From Strigamia acuminata (lineage: Eukaryota), in assembly GCA_949358305.1 (NCBI GenBank), contig OX442314.1, positions 19,654,001 through 19,718,000 of the forward strand: 64,000 bases of DNA. The letters are read 5' to 3'. Under the pieces are notes generated by a model, which worked only from the letters and a program-made list of their open reading frames with translations, did no database searches and was not told the DNA's origin. Below, piece after piece: positions 14,785 through 28,972 of this stretch (position 1 is the first letter of the stretch; every line of letters begins with the position of its first letter). Both the position numbers and the translations under genes were made by a program.

Positions 14785-17582
14785 GTAAGGAAACTTGTAT
14801 TTGCTTATCATCTTTCGCGTCACTTGAATTTCGTATGTGGATGTGTGGGTGTGATCGAGTTTTTACCTAACATATGCCACTTGAATGCAAATTTCAGCGT
14901 GATGATTTACACCACATCATGCGACTCGATTTAACCAATCACGGGAATAATCTTTATTGCACTTGGGTGCAATTGTGGCTAAAATTTTAGAGTGATTGAC
15001 AATGAAGTTCAAGCGCATGGGACAGCAATAACAACAAATCACGCTTTTTACGCTCATTGGAGTAATATTGTACTGGACAACCAAGAAATGAGAGAGGGTG
15101 GAATGTAATGTGGCTGCAATAATGGTTTTGGCAGGCCATGGGACATAATTTTATGCAATATCGTATAGGTACAGTCGTGGACAAAAAAAAACTTCCCTTC
15201 AGTTTAGCTGTTTTAAGTTTATCTACCAGGTGGCATAAAAATCCATTGAGATTTAATGACATCAATCCTGACTTGGACTTACAGCTGAACAAAAGGGAAG
15301 TTTTTTTGGTCCACAACTGTACTCAAAAACATCAGAATTTTGATAATTTTCGTAATTAGATATTTTCACATTAGTGATGGAAGTTAATTGCATTATGCTG
15401 TAAATGAAATTAATCTATTTCCATTCATTTGCCGATAAAGACAATTTAAAGGCAAAATTATTTAGACATAGATGAGGTAATCAGATAAATTTTTGGAAAA
15501 ATAAGGTTTGTTAACGAAATTTAATCTTCCATATGATTTTGTCATTGATTTATTTTTACTTATCTTTTCCGGTAGTTTTTTTTTTGAAATGACGTTTTGA
15601 AAATCAATATTTAAGTTTCTTATTCACTAAATAAGCATTACGTCTTAGATTTGCATTCGACCCGTTTATTGTAGGTTTAACGAACGTTAATACGAACAAT
15701 TATTTATTAATTGAACGTGTAATTGAGAGGTACGATAACAATATTATCAAATGATCAATGTCTTAATGTATGTACACTTTTATTATTTGTTTTAATGAGT
15801 TAATTAGCCTATGTGTTTTGATTTATGCGCCGCGATCGCTTTCAATTTATTAACAAGCCGACAAACATGCAGTTACGACTTGAATGACTGTTCAATCGTT
15901 GCACGCATGTGCGCCGTTAGGGAATATTTGCAGAATTTGTTTATTTTTGAAATATTGAAACAGAAAACTCGGAATTCCATTTGACTTGCGAAAATTATTT
16001 GTATTTTATTTTTTTGTTCTAAAAAAAAGAAAGAAAAAAAAGGGAACAGCACTCCTTTTATCTTATCTCTAAATCTTGGAATTTCGCGATCTTCCGGTGA
16101 TGTCATTGGTTCATTGCTCAGGATATGAAGGGTTAAATCATGTATTACGACTATTAAACTAACGATTGGATAACTGATTTAAATTCGAGCCAAAATAAAA
16201 AAAGTAATTACAAATTTGAATGGAAAATAGATTAGAGATGTAAAATAAATTCCCTAATTTGTCGAGCATTTTCAACATTAATGAATGAGATGTAAATTTC
16301 TTTATGAAGTTTTAAAACGGCATATGGATGACCTTTTGAACCCCAAATGCAGATCTAATTAACACCTTTACACGCTTGAAGCTGATTGAGGAAGATAGGG
16401 ACAAAAGAAGGGAGAGGCTTCCCTGCTACACAAACCAAGATGGAGGGACGAGAGGAAGAAATGGATGTGTAAATTTGATACCCAAGTGGTGGTTCCTACC
16501 CCCTGCCACCCTTTTCAGTAGGGGGCAGTGATTCAACCAGCCTTGATTCCTGCTGACTCATTCCAGGGGTGGGTTGCTTGTGGTTAAATAGTAAACCCTC
16601 CCTCTTTTCTCTCTTGTGAATGGCCTCCTTCCTTCATCTAGCACTGTAATTTATATTTAAAACTGATTAGACCTTTTGGGATTTGAAATTTACAATTACT
16701 AGGGATTTATTAGGCTCATATTATGCTTGGAAAGATGGTAGATAAAAATAATAATCACTCAGGAGCGAAAAATGCACAGTTTTGGCGTTTTGTGTAGAGA
16801 ATTGTAATTAAATTTTTGTCTTTAACTTTTTGTTTGTTTTGAAAATGAGATTAATATTTTTTAAAAGGAAAATGGAAAAGATGAATTTATCAGGATTAAA
16901 TGAATTGAAATTTGAAGGAATGATTATGTTTTAAATCATTTTTGATTGCCGTGATTAATTGATGAACTTATTAGAAATGATTTTGCTATTTTCTTTCTGC
17001 TCTGGTTGAGAGAGAGAATGTGGGTTGGAAAAAGGCAGCAAATTTCTGACTGTTTTTGTACATGATGCATGAAATTTCCTCATTTGTTGTTGGATGGCTT
17101 CTTTTCCTGTTCTTGTCTGCAAAATAAATTACCTTTTGTTGTGTGAATAAACTTTGAACAATAAATAAAAAAAAATAAAAAAAGGGAAGAAAATTTACAG
17201 TTGTATACAAAGCACTTTGAAGAAAACAAATGTAATCATGAATTTAAATAAATACTCGGTATATGTTAAAGGATGAATACATTACAGGCTTAAATTATAT
17301 ATGCCCAATTTTTTTTTCGGGTTTCAATTCCGTAATGTGTTTTCAAATTTATGTCGTTTCAAGTTGTTTCAACTTGAATTATTTTGTAATTTAGAATATT
17401 TTCCAGATGCCCAAACGAAGTTTTTTAAAGAAATTTATGAGTATATTTCATGTAGACATGTTTTAGTGAACAAAAACAGAAGAAAAAAGAAGTCTAAAGT
17501 TCATATTACATTTTAGAATATTTTATATTGAAGTATCTAAAAAACAAAAAAAAATTTATTAAGTCAATACATTTTTAATATA

Positions 17583-17819
17583 CCGTATTTTAACGATTAA
17601 GAGCCGCGGCTCTTATTCAAAACTGCCATTTTTGTCAGCAATTACAATTTTGGTTTTTCATTTGTTACATTTGATGTCTGAACGTCACGAACGAAGCGTA
17701 CGTTCATCGTTCATGAGGTTAAATACGGAAACAATAACGTATTTTTGCAAAAATACGGTATTCTTGGTGTCTCAGCTGCGGCTACTATTCGAGGGCGATT
17801 CTTAATTGGTAAAATACGG
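17583..17819. mobile_element. Non-autonomous Tc2/pogo-type (Tc1/mariner superfamily) MITE, copy 1
   Basis: TA then CCGTATTTTAACGATTAAGA...TCTTAATTGGTAAAATACGG terminal inverted repeats; CCGTA termini are typical of Tc2-like elements; highly similar copies at 41989 and 63873. Confidence 0.85.
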
Positions 17820-18267
17820 TTATTTGGAAATATATTTTAATGTTGTATGGGTACATAAGTTTTAAGACTATTACTTTTCTTTCTTTTTTTTTATTTTATT
17901 TGAACACCTCATTTATGCATAGTTTGATCCATTTTTCACGACGACTATTTTTTCCAATATGTGTCTCCGACAACGATGATCTTTAAATCGATTTAGTCTT
18001 ATATTTTATACGACTTCTGTTTGAATTGAATGGGTTTTTTTCCCCCTTCTTCTCTTTCTTGTAACGTTTATTTAGTTCAGATCTTCATTAAATGATGAGA
18101 CTTACTGATACAGGCTCGAGTGAACATTTTGGAATTATAAATGATGTATAGCGCGGAAATTAAAGTGAACAGCAAATTTCTTTTTTTTTTTTTTACATGG
18201 AATTTGTCACCGTGAGAAATTGCATTTTTAAGCTGAGAAAAAAATTAAAATTAATTTGATATCAGCA

Positions 18268-18392
18268 GGCGCATTCATAAAATCATTTAAACTTGTTTAT
18301 ATTTTTTAAACCAGTCTAAACGCAAAATTTTCCAATTTAAATTTTGCTTTTAAAAATGTATAGACAAATTTAAATGACTTCATGAATGCGCC
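18268..18392. mobile_element. Palindromic MITE-like foldback element
   Basis: ~43-bp imperfect inverted arms (ggcgcattcataaaatcatttaaa... / ...tttaaatgacttcatgaatgcgcc) with an inner hairpin gcaaaattt/aaattttgc. Confidence 0.6.
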
Positions 18393-21300
18393 CATAGCGA
18401 AAAATCGAAGAAATAATTAGTACACCATTTTTGTCGCGAATATGGTAAGTTAATTCAGTAATTTCTTCATAAAAATGCTATAAATAAATTTACTGAGTAA
18501 AGCAGCAATAGCCAGATGGGAGGTTCAGTTCAGTAGGCTGTTCACGCTAGTAATTCTGTTAATGGCCTCGAGACATTTGCCATATCGTTTTAGGTTTTGT
18601 CAATGAAACTTTAATGCCACTTTATTTGATGCAAGTAAAGGAACCTTAAAGTAGACTGACCTAGCAAAATTTGTGCACGTGCTGCCCGTTTGCAAGTTGC
18701 AAAACAGGAATAAAAGATATATACTAGATACTACATGGTGTTTAAATAAGAACGAGCCTAACTGTAGGTCTTGGAAATCAGCAAAATGGTTTCTTCGTCT
18801 CGCTACTGCTGTATGATGTCATTGATTTTCAATCTCGCCAGTTTACATAAGCTGCTGTCTCAGGATTATTCTACCTATTGTAGGATTGCTTCTGCCATTA
18901 AGCCTTCAATTCACATTTTGAAAGCTTCACCAAACCTACTTGTGCATTTCATTTAGGTCTAATAGAAGAGTAGGCTGGAGGGGAAGGATAGGCTTAATTC
19001 TACCCCCTCTTTTATATGCCTATTAAATTCCCCCCTCCTGCATTTTAAGTTTAAAAATAACTTCATTTGGGTTTATTCTGCATAAACTGCCTGCTGGTGA
19101 AACTGAGAGCAAGTTAACATTTATTTTTCACGTTGAATTAATATTTTATAAAGAAATTTGACCGATTATTGTCAGCACCAGATATGATTTTTTTTTTGGT
19201 GTGGGGTTGTAAGCGTCACTTTAACACAAATAATGGCTTTGTGTAAAGTACAGATTGGCAGTGATTGAATTTTACTGTCGTATCAGTTTAAACGCACGAG
19301 GGCATCTGTTGAAATCAACAGACGCCTTAGCTTGGAGAAAAATTTTTTTTTTTTTTTTTTTTAAATTTTTAAATTTGACAAATATGCTGTTGCATTATTT
19401 CAAACAGTTTGAAATTCTGCAATGCAGCAGCATATTTGTCAAATTTATTTAGACCTTGGCGAATAAGCCATTTAACATGAGAGGCGCCACGTGATCGCAT
19501 TTCTTCAATCCAAGCTGTGATGTTAAATTGTATATACACAACTGAATCCATTGTGGCAAAGTTGATTTTCTTTTTTTTTTCTGTCAATGCAACTCGATTA
19601 CTATGGAAATTCTAAACAATAATTTTTATAAACATCCGCATTTCCTGACCCGCTGTTTTCCTGCATAAGTACAGTTTAGTTTGTTTATTTTGCTAAATAT
19701 TTCCAGTTAATGTATATAGAATTTAAGCCAATATTTTTGCACAACGTTAAAACCGAACAAACCTGGTTGCTTCAACTATTCTCTGCGAATCAATAAGTGA
19801 AACTGAAACACTAAACTAAAGGTTCATTCAACTTTGAGACTTTGATACTCAGAAACAATAACATACAAGTTGTGGGAGTGACAGTTCGATATGCAATCAC
19901 AACCCTTTGCTCACTGCGTGGCTTTTTTTTTTTTTTTTTTTTTAAATATTTATAAAACTGAACGTTATTTGTAGACACTTGAACTGTCAAATTATTTATT
20001 TTGGGTGATCAGCATATAAAATTCTCATCCATGATGCATGAAAACAATGCAGAAAAGCTGCTCCACTTGCACCAGGGGCAGTCAGCTGCATAATACTCTC
20101 ATTCCTCTCCCTTTTTCTTCAGACCTCAGTGTAATAAAGTGCTTGCCAGGTGTCCCCTACCATCCAGTCTTTTGTCTTTTATTCCCCCATTCGAGCCTAC
20201 ACCCGATCCCTTCATTTTTAAGGGGGCTTAGGAGAGCCCAGGGGGTAGGCTGAAGGGAATCCAGTGGCCATTCAAATTGCTTGATGGAGAGAATTGCAGC
20301 CAAGCCATCTTTTTAGTATTGAATTAAACCCCGAGGGGTTAAAATTACTGTAGTATGATGTGACCTCTATTGTTGATTGGTTGAAAATGGTGTTAAGTGT
20401 CTGGCGAAATATCCATAATCGTAAATTAATTGAGTGTACAAATTGAAAACGCTTTAATGTGAAACTAACTGTGCGTGGGTGGCTGCGAATGTGTCTTGAC
20501 AGAGAAAGAGAAAAAAAAATTAATGTAGCGCCACTTTATTTTTAATAATATTGATATTGATTTTTCTATAGCGCACTATACCTCGAGTTAGTTGTCACAT
20601 CGAATTCCATATACGGCGAAATAGTAAAATCAAAAATAGACTGTTGTATGCGATTTACTCGCCTTAAAAATATAATAAAAGGCGCGTAATGGCTTAAAAC
20701 ACTTGTATCACACTCCATATAATGACTATTATCATACGAAACCATAAATTGGGGTATGCAGGAGCGCGTATGGAAGCAATAAGATTTTAGTTGTATAATA
20801 TGATAGATGAAAAAAATATGATCACCTTTTTATCATGTGCTTTATGGTGTGTGTAACCAAGGAACATAAGAGTAAAGAAAGAGAAGAGGCCACATGCACT
20901 TAATCTTGTTATGGATGAGTCCCCTGATGCAGTGGCAACCACAGTCATGTTTCTATTCGTTGAAAGAGAGGACACTGATAATATTTTCATGTCAGTGACA
21001 GGAGATTTTTTGGACTTTTGTTAACCCCAAAGGATGTGACACAACCTAGGGAGTTAGTGCCAATCTGTCAAAATGTGGAGAATGTAATTTTCTCTCGACG
21101 TTTAAAAAGGAAGAAAGGTTTAAGTTATTGACTGCATTGTTGGTGTTATATACAGCACGAATGACTGGTTTATGTTGTACAGTGTACAGTTAATTTCGGT
21201 TGGTTGTGGCGGGCTTTAATTACGGTATAGTCGTAATTAATATTGCTCTAGTTTAGACTAAGTTTGGGTTTTATTTGAATGGAGGGTGGAATTGTTTTCG

Positions 21301-23879
21301 TTTTAATTTTTCGTTTTGTTTTTATATACACAATAAAGGCGCGTACTGTTAGATTTTTAAATTTCTTTTTTCTTGAAAATGTAAACATGTCAAGGTTGGA
21401 AATGGGGGCAAAAAGTGGCGCCACCACCATGCAGTTTTGTAGAACGTTTATTCGAGTTTTGTGAATGTTTAGGAAATACACGTTTTTTCCATTAGGCATA
21501 ATTGTGGTTTCATCATGCGCTTGGAAGGAAATAGAATGTCATGGATATTAGCTTTAAACCACAATTCAATGGCCATGCTCAACGAGCTGTTCTAACAATT
21601 AATAATATCGGAAATTTGCATGCTAAAATTTAAATGCAGATTTCTGCGAGTGACTATATATTGTTTTGGTTTTGGATATCTGCAAACTCCATTAGGCTGG
21701 AGATAATCTTTTGTGCAGTTATTGTTGGAGTTACTTAGAAAAAGCTAATCACATTTCCTGGCAAGTGTTTATTTAGTGCTACGTAAACGTTTATCAACTT
21801 TAACACAGCACAAGTCCCCCTTGTATTTTTATGTGCTTGAGATGTTCCGTATGGTTACCACATGTTTTCTTACTCTATACATATCATTGCTGTTATTATA
21901 ATATAATAACACCACGAAAAGCAAATTTTTTACGCGTAAATATAGTGCAGTTATAACGATTACTGCTGAAAAGTGGGCTAGATACGTAAATAGAATCTAA
22001 TTTAAGAAGAAAAATCATTTTATTGAAGTATTTGCTGTGATAAAGTATTTGGGAAAATAAAGTGGGCGAATATAAAGAGAAGAAGAAGGAAAAAAAAGCA
22101 TTTTATTGATTTGTTAACCGCTTGCTACTTCAATATGGGTATAGCATCTTCTACAGCATATGGCTTTTATATTCACCACCTCTTCCTTTTTATTTTTCAT
22201 ATAAAAACGGAAGGCAAAAAAGGCTTTACATGTGTTCAATTCATTGCATGTCTTGAGTTTAGGTTGGCGTGTTTGTATAAAAATGAGCCATTTTCTCCAT
22301 TCACTCTCTTTTTTTGTTAACTCTTTCTGTACACAGTGCATGCATTTTATTGATTGTGTCTGGCTTGGTCAACAATATCCAAATTTATTGTTTAATTTGG
22401 TGTGCTGGCAAGAGAAGGCAGCAAAGAAAATGAGAAAATGTAAAGAAGAGTTTTCAGATTGTGGCTGGCAGCGACAGGATGAAAAAAGTAGGTCTAACTT
22501 GTGATTAGCTTCACATGACATGTGAGGTCTATTATTATTTACAGAAAGCCCGAAGGTAGCCCATTTTTTATTTAGAGGTTTTTATTTTTATTTTTCAAAC
22601 GCTGTGCTTTATAAGTTGAGCTAAATAATTTTGGTTGTTAATTTAATTAATTTCTTAGTCGCTTTAATTGAAGACGAAAGGGATTTTTAGTTGTTGGGGT
22701 GGTGATTGTGGGTTCGAGAAATGGTATCTATTGACTTTACCCCCTCCCTTGTGTCCCCCTGTGGAAAAGTGTGTTTCCAAGGGAGGGAGGGTTTTGGATG
22801 TGTGGATTAGCAGGAGTGTGAATCAATAGCAACTAGAAGGAGAGCGAGAGAGAGAGAATTGAGAAAGAGGAATGTAACGGAGGCAAGTAATGTAATATTC
22901 ATGTAGACCTAATAGTTGCTAGTCAATTTCACACCAAGAGACTGGGAAGTTGTCAATTTTGGAGGTATGAAAAGCGAGAAGAGTGGGAGAGGGAAAAAAA
23001 ATGGCTGAAAAATGTGGTGAAAATGAAAATGGCTTCCAAGGAAATGATTATCTGGATTGAGGATGTGATGTCACGCTTGAACCGGATGTAGGTTGGGTTG
23101 GGCTTTAGAGAAAGATTGGTTCAATTTTGATTAAGTTTGAGAGCTAATAATACGGGATTATTACAGTTATTAGGAGTTGGGAAAATGTTTGAAAAGAGGA
23201 AAATGAAATCTTAATTTGAGAAGTGAGTTGGGATGATTGAAATTTGGAGATAATTTCATATTGGGCCTTTTTGAAGAGCAGACGCAGAGTCATTACTAGG
23301 GGCGTCACGCAACATAGTATCTAGTGTTAACTGAGCTATAAACAATGCCAACTGTGGCATGTAATAAAAGCATCAAAGAAACTTATGTAAGTCCAACTGG
23401 GATGTTAACAGGCGCCATTAGTGTCTTGACAAAGAGTTATTGTTGCGCAAGGGGGTAGAGAAAAGCGAGCAAAAGCTTCCTGTCGTTTGCACCAGATGGC
23501 AACATGGCCGGCCGACTACTATCACTGTTGCTATAGGCAACACTTGTGGCCCTGATGTCTGTTTAACATCATTCGTGCAAAATTTGACACATTTTAGAGG
23601 CCGCGCTTTTATATCACTAATCCGCGACGCCCATTTTGAGTATTATTTATATTTATAGCGGTTTAGCCTTAAAGCAGACGTGTTGTCGAAAAATGTAATC
23701 ATAGATAAACTAAACCTTTAGTTTTGTCACTTTAATTTTGGTTGGTCGGTTGCTTTTCATAAATTGGAAAACCGCAAACAAGCGCTGCAAAGTTGAAAGT
23801 TGGTGTGGTGTTTGGTATTAAATTAAGATTTAAAGTATCTCTAATCAATTAATTAATTTCTTTTTCCTTTCTTCGCCAG

Positions 23880-23950
23880 ATTCTGTGTACATTGAAAGCC
23901 AACGTCCGGAACAACCATACTTTATCTGCACAATACTAGACTTCCAACGG
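23880..23950 (+). CDS. RERE: Atrophin/RERE coding exon 2 (BAH), 71 nt
   Basis: Polypyrimidine tract plus ccag acceptor; encodes (D)SVYIESQRPEQPYFICTILDFQR, similar to RERE [24 protein letters not shown]; donor GTAAGC, phase 0. Confidence 0.95.
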
Positions 23951-26900
23951 GTAAGCAAACAACGCATTTCCTTCTCTTTCCGTTAGGAGCGCTGTGCGCC
24001 AATATAGCTTTGATTTCAACTTTGTTCTTGTAAATATTGATTGTTGGCGCCCACTGCACACGGATTTAAGGGCGGAAGAAGCAATGAAAAGGAGTGGTGC
24101 AAATCTCAGTTTATTCCCTTTTCTCTTTTCACTTCGCCCAATGCTCTTTAAAGATGAGACTCGATGCTCGAAAGATGGCGAGATTATTGTTCTATCGCTA
24201 TTTGCGGCTTGATGCGTGTTTGCAACGGCAGCGCAACATCGAATCGAGTGGCTTGTAGAACAAGCTCAACGCGTCTATCTCACACTTTTTTTTTATCTTT
24301 TATTTTTATTTTGCTTCATATTTAGATGAATGAAAGGAAACAATTTAGTGCGTGCAATAAAAGGCGGAATATTAAGTTTAAACTATCATGCTTCAACCTA
24401 CACGGCAAATTTTGACCAACAAAATTTTTTTTCTTTTTTATTTTCTTTCTAAAAATGAAATTTAAAAAATGAAATAATTAAAAAGTAGAATCATTTTTCT
24501 AATTTTTCTGAAATTGACTCCGGTTTTTAAATGAGTTGAATGCACAATGTTTAATTTTATATCACATCTTTTAACTTAATTGAAAACTAAACGTTAGACG
24601 CGTCGGTTTTATTTATCAAGGTATAAAAAGAAAATAATATAATAATTTAATTTTATTTGTATTTTATTTCTTGTTGTTTGTTATTTATTCATTTGATTTA
24701 TTTCAAACGAGAAGGTGAAATGTTTGAAGGCGTTAAGGGATAGAGATAGAAATAAAATATTAAGGTGGAGATTTTTAAAAATTTCACCAGAGGGATTTGG
24801 AAGTTGGGACTAGAGACTTAGAGAGCTGAAACTAGGTCTTACAGTAAATCAGGATTTACTAATTCATTGCATCGCCAGTCCGCTATCATTTGTATTCCAC
24901 ATCAAGCATGGCTCCGTAATTAGATTAAGTCAACATTCTAAGTGTATACGAGCTCGTTACTGATGGTTGTCATAGCAATAGATTTGATTTGAGTGATTAG
25001 GCCAGGTCATATCCGGGCACCAAGTGCTGAGGATACTGTTTTTAAGCGATCAAACGACCCCTAGTATCTGATCTCTAAACTGTTTGCTATTCGAGTGGTG
25101 AATTGCGCAATAATTCAAGTGCGAGGGACGTTGTGTCCCACAATGTGGTGTGCAATGCAGCGCACCATTCATGTGAATATATAGGTGCGTCCAAAAGAAA
25201 ACGACGAATAGCAAGTGAAGCCTGAGACGAAGGAAAAAAAGTGGGGGGAAAATACAGTTGGATTAATGTCAGACAATAGCAATTTGGAAAGTAATTTAAA
25301 CGAGTCTAGATGAATGGTTTTGAAACATTGAACGGATTATTGTAAACGTGCTTGAAAAACATTAAAATTGCATGTTTGAACTTTGTGGGCAAACTTTTTC
25401 TTCTTTAAGTTTCTTTCTGTATGAATTTTTAATCGCTAAAATTCTCTTTTTTAAATTAAAAGTAGCATTTTATTGACCGAACCTGGTTTATTGAGATTTA
25501 AATCAAGAATTTATATGGATTTATAAATCCTGAGATTTTGTTTGAGATTTTAGGGAGATTTTGAAGATTTAGATTGTTGATCAACAGGATAAGTAAATAA
25601 CATCTTATTTTAAAGATTTGAATAGAAAAATCGTCACAATTTCACTTGGATGTTTACCAATCGATTCTATTGAATGTTTTTCATACGTTTGATTATGTAA
25701 GGGAGGAAATCAGGCCAATTAAGGTTGGTTTTTATTTATTTTATTTCCCTTTAGATTATTTTGTTAAGCAGGATCAAAAATGAACCAAATTAAAAAAAGA
25801 TTTTAGCCAGCAGAGCAAATAATAATAATATATTAAAGAAAATATTACAATTCAAACAAGCAGAACTTGTTTAAATAACATTTTTAAAGCAGATTAACAC
25901 ACAAAATCAGCTTATTTAAAATAGTGTTGTTCAATTTCGATGACGTTACGAATGCAAGCAGCGTAAATTTGCTCACAATGGTTCGTTTAGATAAGGGAGT
26001 TTTGCAAGGACGAACACCAGATAGCATAATGAAAGAGCTCAATGAAATAACCCAATTAGTTGTTTATTATTTTGAAATAAAACGGAATAGGTAGATGATT
26101 ATTTCTTTGGGTGGAATTTAATTTGAATAATATGCTCTCAATGATTGATGGCTATGGATTCGCGGAGCATTCATTATACCTCTGCACATGGTGCGCTGGA
26201 AATAAAGTCAATCAGCTGTAGAGATGTATTTATCTGGGATTGAAGATAATTGTATCTAAAAATTTCCTCGTGGAATGCTTTCCGTCCGCTCTTCCAATAA
26301 AAATAACTTGTGCTTCGCGCTTATATTTACGACTTTGTGAATTGACAAATCCAATTATTTTGAACCCGAACTAATCTAACCAACATTCCTCTATGAAACC
26401 TGCACATCACTAGGTAAGGACTAAAAGGCAGATAATTGCACCTTTTTTCTTTTTCTTTTCTGCTGAATTTATTTCCTTAGGCTGAAATAATGTCGAATGC
26501 TAATGTTGAGCAATAAATGTTAAGTGTAGGAGGAAAACACATCAATTCTAGCAGTGCAAGAGAAATAAACTTGTGGCTGTATTAATTTGCGTCTGTTTAG
26601 ACCTGTCAGCAGTCTTGGGTTGTGGGTAAACTGAAAACAACATTGGTTTTGTAAATAGGAGATGGTTTAGAAGGGCAAAAGGTCTTTTTAAGTAAACTGT
26701 TATCTTGGTTATTTGATAAGATTGACGAGAGTGGGAGCCACTATTCTTGATCCATTTAACTTGGCTCTTCCTAAACTATTCATGCTCTTAGGATTGAATT
26801 AGAAAGTAAATCATTGATAAGATTTTGTGTAATTACTTTTATTAGCTTTGATCGAATACTTCCAACAACGACTAAAGACAACTGACTCGAGTGAAATTAA

Positions 26901-28934
26901 TATATAACTAGATTACGTCTCGTTTTAATCATGGTATCAATTTAATCATCTCCATTTCCTTTCTGTGTCAATAAAAATCTATTAGCTTGATTAATGCTGA
27001 ACAGAAGTTAAGTGCAAAATGATTTTACTTTTACGGCGCTCGAAGGTACGAAATTTGACCGTTTATGTCGATATTTAGATTAAAGTGTACACTTTGAATT
27101 GTATTGTATTTTATCATATGTAAACACTCGCATAAAATGCATCAACATGCAAAAGGTCGGTTGCTCATTTTCCTTTTCTTCAAAGCAATAAAGACAGAAA
27201 ACACCTCTTGATGCCCATTAATAATTTTCTGGTAGCAATGAACTGCGAATTGGAAATCATTCTCCATTTCGACGTTAAAAGTGCACGTATTTACCCCCCA
27301 TTTTCATCTGCTATTACCGTTTGAATAGCCCCTTTTTCCTCTCCTTTTTGTCTCCCGATAACCCGTGAAATACTATACCTCGAAACGCAGTGACGTGTTT
27401 GAAATTGCAGTGTTTGCTTGCTTCCGGTGTTGTACAGTTTAGTTTACCTGTGCGTGTTTACAGAGATAAAAGGCATTTTGTACCAACTTCCTCCCCTAAT
27501 TTGCATCCGAAAACATTTTAATTTTGTTTTTCGAAGAATGCAATGTCAATATTTAAGTAAAATCAAAAAGTTACCTAATATTTTTCGAACAAGATATATT
27601 TTTTGATAGGATTTTGCCCCTTTCCCACTATTTTCTTTGCTTGAATGGGCTTTGAATGGCGTATAAATTGCCAGATGATACTTCATTATACACTTGGGTG
27701 ATTTGTGGCACTAAAGGGTTAGTCCATTTTGTTTTGAAGGTGAGCGTTGTTAAGAGACCCAGGTGTGTGTGTTTTTTTTTCTGACGAGGCTTTGAGGAGG
27801 CTAGAGGTTCATTATAATGAGGCGTATCAATTAACTCGATACTACGAAGTGCTGTATTATTTTAAATGGATTAATTGCACGTTTCACGGTTTATTTATCA
27901 TTTATGATTTGAATCGATAGGAAGTATAGTAATTACGGCGCTGTGTAAATAATTAAGCATATTTACAAATTTTTCTTAGAAAAAATGTTAAGCTGAGAAA
28001 TAATTTAAGTTTCTTATAATATAATATTTCAAGTGGAAAGTAAAAATAAATTTTTTTCTTCACAAATTAAATTTTTAATATTTGGATTTTTTTTATTTAA
28101 AAGATTTTTTTTATTTATTTATAAAAATGTATCAAATATAGAAAAGAAATAAAATAAGTGAATGCATAATGTAAACATTCTAAAGTAATTTTCCTGGCAA
28201 GCAACGGCAGTATTTAAAATGCATAAATAGGTAGAAAAATTAAATTAGAAATGAAATTTGATTAATATTAAATTAAAGATGCTTAATTCATGTGACACGT
28301 TTAATCATCAACACTATTGATACTTGATTTAATTCTTTGATTTAATCGGCTCTTCCTGTCATTTTGCACGAATTTTTGCTAACCTGCGGAGGAGAGTAGA
28401 GCTTTAGTCTCGCCTTCCCTGACCGAACGCTGGAGTTTTGTTGGTGTCAGGTTTTGAGAGAACCAAGCCACACTCTCTCTGGTGGCTCCTTAATTCAACA
28501 TAGCTCCCCCTCCTACATTTGCAGATGTCATCAATTGGATTTTGACTTTTTATGTCATTTTTGTGTGTGACGTGACTTGTGTGTGACGTGACGACATGAT
28601 GAGCTCACCGTGGATTACGTCCTTAATCCGACTGAGATTGGGGTAAGAAGATGATTATTGGATATTAGCCGTAAACATTTTTTTCGGTATGTTTTGCAAT
28701 AATTTTTTAATCACTTTTCTTAATGATTTTAAGCCAATTATGTCGAAATGGACGTTTATTTCCGTTAATATTTTTCTTTGTTTGACGTAATTAAGATAAT
28801 TTGGGTAGTAAATATTTATGTGAATCGAAAACTGTGCCAGGGATTATTTTACAACATGGAAACTTCAAAGTAATGAATGTGTAAATAGTTTTTTTGTTTT
28901 GGGTGAATAATCACATAAAAGTAGGCTGTATATC

Positions 28935-28936
<2 letters not shown>

Positions 28937-28971
<35 letters not shown>

Positions 28972-28972
28972 T
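28937..28972. repeat. (TTTC)n microsatellite
   Basis: Direct reading of tandem CTTT units. Confidence 0.85.
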
